NCBI RefSeq assembly: GCF_033153115.1
Contig: NW_026889805.1
Span: 7,812,001-7,876,000 of the forward strand
Length of the DNA: 64,000 nucleotides
Source of the DNA: Saccostrea echinata
Taxonomy: Eukaryota
Reading direction: 5' to 3'
Shown here: positions 1-12,000 of the stretch, piece after piece
Layout of the letters: the number at the start of each line of letters is the position of its first letter
Position numbering within the stretch: the stretch's first letter is position 1
The notes under the pieces: model-generated
Database searches by the model: none
Told to the model about the DNA's origin: nothing
Seen by the model: the letters and a program-made list of their open reading frames with translations, nothing else
Position numbers and translations under genes: made by a program

Positions 1-3000
1 AGTTTTGGCCTTGTCCTCTGAGGGTTTACCACCAAGTCCTGAGAACATCCCACCACTTCCTCCACCACCAAACAGACCGCCAGATGACTGACCACTAGGG
101 GCACTAAAATCAAATTTTACATTGAGTCTGACCATATAAATTTTTTTTTTCGGTAACCTAGAACTGCACTTCAATTTTTTGAAACTTTCATATCAAACAT
201 TACTGGGGATCTCAAATTGATTTCTGAGGTCCAGTGACTCCAGTCTATATTGTGACTGTGATTCTTATCTGTAATACCCCAAAACCCTCCAAGTTTTTTT
301 TTGGTCATAGCCTTCAGTTCAAAATAATGATGTTTAATTGTATATTTGATGTCTTCTCATCACAAAACCTACATTTGTGAAGAGAGGAGCACATCAGTTA
401 CATTTGTAAAAATCTTACCTGCCAAAACCACCACCAAATGGACTTGAAGTGCTTCCTGTAGATTGTCCAAACACTCCTGGATTTGTTTGACCAAATCCTG
501 ACACAGAAGTGGTTGTGGCAGTGCCTCCAAATCCCAGACCACCCCCTGAGGTGCCAAATCCCCCACTAGAGGATGTATTTCCAAACCCTGTCCCAGCTGT
601 AGAGGTTCCAAACAGTGGTGCTGGCTGGCCAAAAGCAGAAGAAGAGGTGCCAGTTGGTGTTCCAAATAAATTCTTTGCTGGACTTCCCTGACCAAATGTG
701 GAACCTGTTGCAGGAGAATCTTCAGTGCCGGACAGGAGTCCTCCAAGCATTGAAGGCTTTGGTCCAGTAGAACTCTGACCAAACCCTCCTGACCCACTTT
801 GACCAAATAAGCCAGTACCAGAACTTGAAGTGATAGACGTTGAGGAAACTTGACCAAACAATCCAGTTCCTGTTGTGGATGCCGTTGTAGCTCCTGCTGT
901 TCCAAATAACCCACCTCCAGATGTGGAAATTGTGACTGACTGTCCAAATAAGCCGGAGCCAGAAGTTGAAGTTGATGTGCTTGGTTGTCCAAAGGATCCT
1001 GACACAGAGGTAGTTTGTTGTCCAAAAAGCCCACCTCCAGACCCTGAAGTTGTTGTTTGTTGTCCAAAAAGTCCAGCACCAGATCCAGAGGTTGTTGTTT
1101 GTTGTCCAAAAAGCCCACCTCCAGACCCTGAAGTTGTTGTTTGTTGTCCAAAAAGTCCAGCTTCAGACCCTTGAGTTGTTGTCTGCTGGCCAAATAATCC
1201 TGATCCAGATCCTGAAGTTGTTGTTTTTTGACCAAATAATCCCAATCCAGATCCTGAAGTTGTTGTTTGTTGGCCAAATAATCCTGATCCAGAGGTTGAT
1301 GTTTGTTGTCCAAACAGTCCTGTTCCAGTAAAGGAAGTAGCTGTAGATGTTTGTTCAAATGCACCACTGCCAGAAGTTAAAGGTCTCCCAAACAACCCAG
1401 ACTCTGAACTGGAGTAGGATGGTGGGGCTACTGTTGTTTGTCCAAACATTCCAGATGTGGCTGTTGTCTGTTGTCCAAATAATCCTTGACCAGCACTAGA
1501 AACTGTAGATGAAGATTGGCCAAACAGTCCTGTTCCAGAAGTTGTTGGCTTTTGTTCAAATAATCCTGATCCTGAATTAGATGATACTGTTGTCACAGCT
1601 TCCCCCTTAAATATCCCTCCTGCTGCACTGGTTGAAGCAGGCATTTTTGAATCTTGACCAGTGGGAGTGGCCTCAGAAGTTGTAGCATTTGAAGTAGTTA
1701 GTTGCCCAAATACACCACCTGCACTGGTTGCAGATGCTTGAGAAGAATTTGCTTTACCAAATAACCCAGTACCATCAGAAGAAGTTGTACTCTGGCCAAA
1801 CAACCCAGTTGCAGCAGTTGTTGCTGGTGCTGATTTTTCTGTTTCTTCCTCCTTTGTAGACTTGTCCAAGAGTCCCCCACTGTGAGCAAAGGGCTGTGCA
1901 AACAGACTTCCCCCAGTTACCAAATTAGTCAATTCATATGGTTTACCAGCTGTTGGTGTAGCTTTGTCAGAAGCATCTGTAACAGATGCTGTGTTGCCTG
2001 TGGGTTGTCCAAATAAACTAGACCCTGTACTCGTGGACTGGCCAAACACCCCTTTAGATGCTGATTTGTCAGTCAATGATTGGCTTGATGGTGATTTTCC
2101 AAATCCAAACAGTCCACTCATGGCTGTCTTGCCTGTGGTGGACTCTGCCTCTGCTGTTGCTGACTTTGACTCTGTTTCTGGTTTCTCAGGTCCCTTATTG
2201 TCTGTGTTGGTCTGGTCTTTTGTGACATCACTTCTTCCAAAGTCTACTTCTTCTTCATCAGATTCAGTTGAGAGTGCTGTAATTTTATGATGAAACTCAA
2301 TATCAAGATATCAGGTAATCAATTCTGCTAAACAAAATTATGTACTTGGAGGTAAGTCATGAAAATCTTCTGAGAGATAGAAACATACATTTCATTACAC
2401 CAAGCAAATCTTTTTTCAGGATCTAGTACCTTTTGCAAGAAGTGGTGAAGAAATGGGTTTTGATTCTTCCATTTTATTTTCCTCAGTCTTGGGCGGCTGG
2501 CCAAACAGATTTTTGCCCCCAAATCCAGAGGAAGCATCACCTCCAAACTTGAAAGCTACAAAGTAATAATTTTATCACTCAGTATTTATAAAAATTAACA
2601 GAAAACTTCCACAAGTGCATTATATGAGGTGCAACATTCTAAACAGAATGTTCAAAGATGCAAAGTATATGCATTTTTAATTTGCATTTCTGTGGTCTGT
2701 TCATTTTTTGTTGAACACAAATTTTCACTGTTTTCATGGATGAGACAAACTACAAATTTATCTGATCAAGCACTACCTATTGATAGAATAGGACGAGGTA
2801 GCATTCCACAAAATTACATCAACAAAAGTGTATTGTTTGCCAATATCACAATCCCCACAAAAATTAATGAAACCACAGGTGCTTGTGATAAACTAGACAC
2901 ATACCAAAATCTTTTCATTGTTTTTGACAAGTTACACTTATTTTAATCATTTGAAAATTAAATAGCACATTTAATATTGAATTTTGGCACAACCCTACCT

Positions 3001-6000
3001 GTTTTGGGGGTTGAGGTGTTTGTTGGAGTTTTGTTATCAGTCTTGAGTCCTTGGAACCCTCCACCAAAGACAGGGGCTGTTTGACTTCCCCCAGAAAAGC
3101 TGGTAAACCCTGACAAACCCTGTCCAAAACCATGTGTAGGGAGCAGTGCTGGCTTTGTAGTCTTCACTGAAAAAGCTGTAGGTAGACCAGTGGCAGGCTT
3201 CCTCTCAGCTACAAGAAAATTTTAAAAAAGAAGTTTATACCCCTGGTACATCTCTATTTCAGTTTTCAGAACAAGTTACTATCTTAAATGAAGATTTTTT
3301 TTTTCCACAAAACCAGTTTATGAACTTTAAATGATTAATTAACTTGGCCCGGTTTCACAATTTAGTTAAGGGACCATATCTCATTGCCACACAATTTATT
3401 TGCTAATGAACTAGAAAATCGATACAGTCAGAGATGGCCCAACTAAGGGCTGTCAAAGGAAAGTGACAACTGTACTTTTAGTACAGACAACTGTACTTTT
3501 AGTACAGTAATGTTAGGAACGAAATACTGTATAAGTGGAAATTTTAGTGAGACGAAAATTTAGCGATGTATCCTAAAAAATTGATATTTATTTTTAGTGA
3601 GAAGTAATTTTAGCAATTTTGAAATGCTAACTAAAGAAGCTATTACAAATAAATTTTTAGCGATATTCGATTTTAGCAATTTCATCACCCTTGCTAATAA
3701 TGCCAAAATTAAATCCTCGCTAAATTTTCTACTTATACAATATAGCACATAAGGAAGGTACCATGGAATCATTCTGATATATGTGTTAAATTATTATGTA
3801 AAGACTGGACATAAATATATAGAAGATATTCAATATGTAGTTGGATAAGGAATTTATTTCACGAGTGGGACAGGATTTTTTTTTATATATTTTTTGTGCA
3901 AAGCACAAGTGAATATATAAAAAAAAAAAATCCTTTCTCAAGAGTATCCAAATATTTTTTCCAGAAGCCTGAAAAGTAATTTGAACTGACCTATTTTCCT
4001 ATTGAGTGGCTCAGAATCGTGTTCACTGTCCGGGTCTTGTTCCTCGTCATAATCGTCCTCCTCCTCATAATCATCGTCATCATCCTCTTCCTCCTCAGTC
4101 ACATCAGAAGATGTTGTAGGTGTAATGTCCTCAAACTGCGGGTACGAATCTGACGGCTTCACTAAAAATGATTGCCAAAGAAAAAGAATTTAAGTCTATA
4201 GTAAAAAATAACCATTGTCAGACTCTGTATATGACCCAAAGAAACATACATTGTACATTTCTTTATGTATTTTACATGTAAATGTATATACTAAACAGCT
4301 CAGCATTAGCAAATATGTACAACAATGTTTGAAATACATGTTTGAAACATAAAACTTACAATTTTGGGGAACCTTTGGCTGGAAACTAATCATGGGGGAT
4401 GAGGTCTTTCCAATGTTGGAAAACTGGAACAATATGGACATTTTCATTAATTATGGACATTTTCATTTTAAAACGACGATGGACCTAATTCATTTCTGTA
4501 ATAGATTTTTTATTCAAATTTTAATATGAGGTAAAGTGACTTTTGGTGAGTTAAAATCAATGAAAAAATCATATAGTCATCGATATAGATTTTTAATGGG
4601 GAGCATTTCGAAAATTGGCGATGGAAATCGATAATTACTAAAAGGAAGTAAATGGAAATTGCCTGCCTGAATTCGGGTATAAGAGTGATCATTGAAAAAA
4701 ATTCTGCAATAGAATTTTTGTTCATATTAAAGGACAATGTTTACTAGACAATTTACCAGCAAATTATGCCCAAAAATAAATGGGTGATCGGCTTAGATTT
4801 TTCAGGGGGGCATGTCAAACGCAGGTGTAGGGCACATTTTGGGGGGAATTTTCAATGAAAATACCTTGGCCAAATAAATGAATTATTTATAAAAGTAACA
4901 AATGAATATAAAATCGAAATATTTACAATATTTTTGAATTGAGAGGAAACGATTGAATATCTTTAAAAGAATTAAAAATGTATAATTTTTATCTTTTGTA
5001 ATAGATAATTAAGTCAATTTGATTCAAAGCATATGCACGGTTTTCTGCGCAGTGGCTCGAAATTTCGAATTAGGTCCGTCGTCCTTAAATGCTAACTGTA
5101 TTTCAACAGTCTTTTGTGTGGTACAAACATTTGCAAGCATAAAAAATTGTGAAATTTTGTAGCCAAGGAGAAACAACAATAGAAAGGACAAAGTTATGTT
5201 AAAAAAAATCAAAATGTGCAAGAAACACATAGTTTGAAAGAAAGAATTGTTTACTCTATTGTGTTTAATGATTTTGAGAACAAATACAATTATCTACATT
5301 TGCAAATTTTTTCCATTATATAACACTATTTGATCGATGTGTATTTATACCTGTATAAAACAGGTTTGTCACTTGACCATAAAGGCATTGTTAATTCGTA
5401 AATGATTGAGGAAATTTCACAGTAACGTCATAAGTGGTCGATGTGTTCAACATATTCAATCTACACCATTGATGTTTGGAAAAATATCATTGCATGGATT
5501 TCACATTATAATATGCAAATATTTGTTATAAATCAGTCACAAATCTAAATATAAGTAATAAGGTATCACTTTAAAACATTCATCGGGATATAAATACGGG
5601 TTGGTACATTACCAAATCTACCATATAACCCTTCTGGCTTTATATATCCATGTATATATCCAAATGAATGTTTAAAAATGATACTTCATTTCTATTTCTT
5701 AAATAATTTGAAATTTTAAAGAAAACTTATTCAAGTACCAGGTACATGTATGAAACCCAGAATACATGTACTGTGATAATTACCATGAGACCTTGCTGGT
5801 AGCTGTTTGGTTTGACCTGTGTGTTGAGCTGATGTTTGATTCCTGTCTCCTTTCCTGGGCTGAGAGGGTGTAAGCCCTGACTGGCAAGCTGGCGGGCTCC
5901 ATTGTGAGAGGTGGCTCGTAAAATCGTCCTTCCTTGTATTGAAGGCTTCAACTCAGTTCTGACCTCTGAAAAATGACCATCAAATTTTACTAGAAACACC

Positions 6001-9000
6001 AAACATTTTTATTTTCCTGAAAAAAAATTTACTTTTTAAAATTTCTACAGAAAATGTTTTCTTTTCAAACTTTTTAATTTCACATGTGTTTATGCCTGTA
6101 TTGAAATGCTGAATTAACAACGTAACAAACCTGCAGGAGGGGGTGCTTTGGTTGGTGAACTTTGCCTGCTAAGGGCCTGACGGATCTTTTCTGTTGAAGC
6201 CAGCCTGGACATTGACAAGTTCTCTAAAATCAGCAAAGAAATCAAATGAAGACAATATAAATATTCATACAAAATGCGCTGCTGTGGGCTTTTATCAAAA
6301 ACTGTGATGCTTAACTTATAGGTAAGGTTGAAGACGAAAGATTTAGACCTGATTAAATAGCCTTCAGCAAGATTTATCTGTTCAAAAACTTGTAAATGGC
6401 TTCTTCACTGTATTCAAGAACTGAATGGACAAAATGAGGGCAAGTACATGTATATTGAGTAGATCATAAAAAAATATGACAAAGTAACACACTGTATTCC
6501 TGTGAAGAAAGCTACTTACCGGGTCTTGTTGACTTGACCTTTGCAACTGTTTTCCGAGACAGGTACTCTCTAAGTTTAGCCTGCTTGTGAGGAATAAGGG
6601 AATAATTTCTGGGTGTATTCTTGTTGTTTCCTGGAGATTTTGGGGGACTTTCCAGTAAGGAATCTGCCAAAGATGACAACTCCGCAGGTCCTCTATGATA
6701 AACACAAAGATAATATGCAATCAAACTAGAAATCTGATGAGTCAGCAAGGGCCCCGTCGAGGGGTAGAAATATAAGGGTGCAGATTAGGGGATGAGAATT
6801 TTACTTGATTACAAAACTTTAAATATATATAAAGAATAAGCAACAGCAACTGCTAAATATCCAATAACCTGTAAATAGTATCCTTGTATTTAAATAAGGC
6901 AGTAAAAAACCTCATATATCTATTATAACTAAATTAAATGTATATTTAAAGAAGAATGAAGCATGTGTTTTATAAAATGCCAGCCTTCAGTGAATGCAAA
7001 TATCACCCAGGCTTGACCTTAACTTCAAAACAAATATCAGTTGCAGACAAAGGTGTTAATTAATCTCAAAGTGACAGAAAGATAACCCTCTAAAATTTTC
7101 TGCAAACCAGCAAGATAATCAATCCCAGGGGATTAATTATGCTGCTCTCTAAATCTTTTCTTCTAAGTTTACAATAAGAACTTTTTCAGCAATGATAGAA
7201 TGAGGTTATTATCTGAATACCTGTTAAAATAAATAGTATTCTTGAATTTACATAAGGCAGAAAAAAATTTTAAAAAATAAAATCGTAATAAAAAAGATAT
7301 CTTTATCTACATGTATATCTTGTTTTTAGAATTTAATAAAATGATAACTCATTGTGTATTTTACCAAAATAAAGTATGAACATTATTTAAATCCACATTT
7401 CAGAGAATGAAAACATCATTCAAAATTGACCTTAACTTCAAAACAAACTTCATTTGCAGACAGAGGTGTTAATTAATCTCAATGTGGCAGATAAAGATAA
7501 ATGCTTTGGATCTTCTTCAAGAAGGAAGTTAATTAATCCCAAGAGACTCACTGCAGCCTTTCATAGTTTACAATAGGAACATTCTCAGCAGTTCTCTCTC
7601 TTTGCCCATTCACTCTTATACAAAGTTAAGAAATCTACCCCACCACCCCAGCTCCAAACCGGATGACATAGAGACCCAAACTTAGCATCAAAATATGTCT
7701 TACTGCCTATTCAACCAACATACCAAATTTGAACTTAATTGGTTGACCCTAAAAAAGTTATTAGAAAAAAAACAGAAAATTTGTGGATGGAAGAATGACA
7801 GACAGACAGACAGACGGACAGACAGATGGACAGACAGACAGACAGAGTGATTATTATAGGGCACCCGCAAATCCTTGCGGGGCCCTAATGAACACTTGAT
7901 TTGTTAGTATATAGTCCACTCTGTTGGTTTCTACAGACCTTGATGAATCTGGATGTTTCCATGTGGAATTCTTGTTGTACAGCTTTAACTGTTTCAGCTG
8001 TGATTCCAAGTCACACAACTGATTCTTCTCTCTAATAATCAAATTTCTGTTGCTCTTTATCACCTGGTATATTCCATCAGTTGTGGGCCTTTTAATTCTG
8101 AAAAAATATACACACTGTTCAAGTTCATAACAAGAGGTCTGAGGGCCTTAATGGAACCCGAGTATAATACAACCCTGTAAAGGATCTATAGAAGTACATG
8201 TATATAATAAAATACAATGATAGATGCCAAAAACGAGATCAACAACATAGTCTAGTATTCAGCAACAACTCAAAACAGATCTAGTTACTTGTCTGTACTT
8301 GCCAGTGCTAATACACTCCTCTTTGTCACTATCAACAGACTAAACAATACAGCAGTGCTTGAGCACATAAAACTGTATACACTTAGTAAACCCAGCAAAA
8401 TCCCTCTTACATTGGCCTCTCTTGGTTTTTGAATAACATTTAATGTACAAATATGAGTTATTTTTGTCTCATTTTTATTTACATATTATATACAAGTCTG
8501 CCTACAAATGAAAAACTATTAGTACTTTCTGTATTATAAATTAAAAAAAAATCTTGTGCACTTCTTTTATATAATTGACTTATCAATTATTTTATTGACA
8601 GTGATTATAGGTGAGTAACAGATAGGAGTAACTTCTAAAGTAGAGTACAAATTTCTCTACAAGATCAATACAGCCCTGCCTAGCACCAGCACTTCCCCCA
8701 ATGGTCAAGAATTTCACAAATCTGGTAAAAACACCCTTACTCATTACAACTTTGTACTCTGTATCCTAGTTCCCAGAAGCAGAGAAGACAGTTTTCAAAG
8801 AACTAGTGCATTTCACTAACATTTTGTAAGACCAGAGCCCCTGACCAGGGGGAACAGGGACCACGAAATTAAAAAAAATTGTTTCCTTTTACCCATATAT
8901 GCCAAAATTGGTTGAAATTGGTCTAGCGGTTCCAGAGTAGAAGCTGAAACTGTTTCAAATTTTATAACTAATGGACAACACATGACAAGGGATAAAAACA

Positions 9001-12000
9001 CAGGCCTTTAGATCGCTTTAATCCAACTTACAAAAATTTTTATTTTAAGTTCCAGCTGTAATTATTTCCACTAAAATCATTCCAATAGGTCACTACTTCT
9101 GCACTCAATCTAATCTCAATTAATCTGTACATGTATATACTTTACTGAGCATGTATTTTGGCATATATTCCAAATTTAGCACAAAAGACCTTAGCACTCT
9201 CACTATTTGTATGTTTTATATTTGAATGAGATATATTTTGGTGATTTTCATGAATTAGAACTACGACACTAGTACATATATTTCTTTGCATTATAATTGA
9301 ATAAAACCATATTTTGACTGTATTATTGAATTAGCATACAAAGGATATGCTTTACACACCTTTGTTTTTTATTATGCTGTTCTATCAGCTTTACACACCC
9401 ATATTTCTTATTATGCTGTTCTATCAGCTTTACACATCCTTGTTTCTTATTATGCTATTCGATCAGCTTTATTGGCAACCTCAGACTAGTAACTTTATTA
9501 CTGCCTCTAGCCCTTGGGCTAGTAGCCAGTATTGGAACTGCATAACCCTGTATTGTGCTATTCTATCAGCTTTACACATTCTATCAGCTTTACACATTCT
9601 ATCAGCTTTACACATTCTATCAGCTTTACACACCCTTGTTTCTTATTATGCTGTACTATCAGCTTTACATACCCTTGTTTCTTATCATGCTATTCTTTCA
9701 ACTTTACACACCCTTGTTTCTTATCATGCTGTTCTATCAGCTTTACATACCCTTGTTTCTTTTATGCTCTTCTATCAGCTTTACACACCCTTGTTTTTTA
9801 TCATTCTATTCTATCAGCCTTACACACCTTTGTTTCTTATTATGCTATTCTATCAGCTTTACACACCCTTGTTTCTTATTATCATATGCTATTCTATCAG
9901 CTTTACACACACTTGTTACTTATTATGCTGTTCTATCGGCTTTATACACCCTTATTTCTTATCAAGCTATTCTATCAGCTTTACACACCCTTGTTTCTTT
10001 TTCTTCCTGCTTTGATAATCCTGCCATTCTTGATCTAATATGGCATCAACATCCCTCAGGCCCTGGTCAAGCAGCTGTTGTTGCTGCTGTAGATCCCTCA
10101 TTGTGCTGAGACTCTTGGGGTCTAGAGCCCTGTTCCTCATCATAAGACCGTACTGAGGGTCGGTGTTTAGCTGCTCCCTCATCTTACAGTCCTCCACCAT
10201 AGCGAAACAATCCAGACATAGGCCCTTCAAGTCCGATATCTCTTTACTCTGTTCCTACAAACAATCAAACTTGATGTATAGTACCCTGTAAAATCAATAG
10301 AAACTGCTTAGATTAGCACTTGAAGTGCAGTTCTCTCCCTTAGTCTATCTCAAAAAAACAATTTTGTCATTAAAGCAGGATTGATGAAAGTAAATCAAAT
10401 AACAAATCATTTGTTTCTTTTCTGAAAAAAAAGTGTGATACAAATCTAGAGTATGTTTTTGCCCACATGGTGAGTACAAATTTTATCAGAACTTTTCTGG
10501 ATTCCGACTGATTTGCTTCTACTGTAAATGGCATTTCAATTTCGCCATTTCCTAACCTATAAAACATTTTCTAGACCTTGAATTGCATCAACATTATTTC
10601 TATGCAAGGTCTCAATGTGTTAAAAGTGGAATTTCATACAAGTCATGTTGAAATCCACAGAAAAATGAGAGACTGTAGATAGCAATCTCAGAGATTTTGA
10701 TATGAAAAGATTGAGATTTTTATTTTAATAAGTGGACAGAAAATCAAAGGCCCAAAAATATCAATGTGGGCTAGTAAAACTTGTAATGTTGGGGGCCCAC
10801 ATGGCCACTAAGGTTTTAAAGGTTATTTGCAACCCTGAAACAGTAATTAAAAAAACGATAAAACCTTGGTATCAATAGCAGAAAATTGAATAAAGATTCT
10901 CTTCACTGTACAACTGAGTTCTGAAGTCTATCTAAAACAAGCAAATTACATTGACTGTATCTATAGAATTTTGCTGGTTACCTTAGTGTTGGCCTTGACC
11001 TCTCCACAGAAATTGCTGACCTCTATTGTGCTGTTACGGAGTCTCTGCATGTCTGCCTTACTGCCGATTGTCTCCCTAACCGCTCCAGCTCGTTGTTTAA
11101 ATTCTCGCAACTCTCTCTCAAAATGAGCAATCTTTATACAAAAAAGCATACATTTTAAAAAACATTACAAAAACTTGCAATATTTTCTCAAATTAAACCC
11201 TTATTTTTCAATTAAAGAATTTGTTTGTGAAAGTTTGTAAGTAAAATAATAACCAATAATTCTGCATTCATAAATGAATGAGTTTTAATTTACCTCCTCA
11301 GCAATAGATGCACTAAAAGTGTCATTCAAGGAATCAGATGTAGCATTAGAAGTCAACGTTTTCTGACTGGAATCTGAAAAAATACGGGGAATGATGTCTT
11401 CAAGTTGAACATACATGTACATGTAGTAACATACTCTAGCAAATCTGTCTCCACTATGTATGTGTACACAGGGACAAACACTGAACCCTTTTAGAGCAAA
11501 TCTTTCAGTACATCAACTAACCTACTACAGATATATTGTGAGTCACTATTGTACATCAACTAACCTACTACAGATATATTGTGAGTCACTATTGTACATC
11601 AACTAACCTACTACAGATATATTGAGTCACTATTGTACATCAACTAACCTACAACAGCTATAGTCTGAGTCACTATTGAATATTAACCTACTACAGCTAT
11701 AATCTGAGTCACTATTGTACATCAAATGACCAGCTAGATATATTCTGAGTCACTTGTACATCAACTAACCTACTACAGATATATTCTGAGTCACTATTGT
11801 ACATCAACTAACCTAAAACAGCTATAGTCTGAGTCACTATTGAATATTAACTGACCTACTACAGCTATAATCTGAGTCACTATTGTACATCAAATGACCA
11901 GCTAGATATATTCTGAGTCACTTGTACATCAACTAACCTACTACAGATATATTCTGAGTCACTATTGTACATCAACTAACCTACTACAGATATATTCTGA

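Noticed and set aside
369-1367. Long alternative-frame and antisense ORFs over the Nup214 FG exons (also 12469-12969)
   Set aside because: By-products of repetitive, biased codon usage in the real reading frame.
9347-10109. Three overlapping + strand ORFs of 168-222 aa
   Set aside because: Translations of the 39-bp minisatellite, open in all frames; no domain signal.
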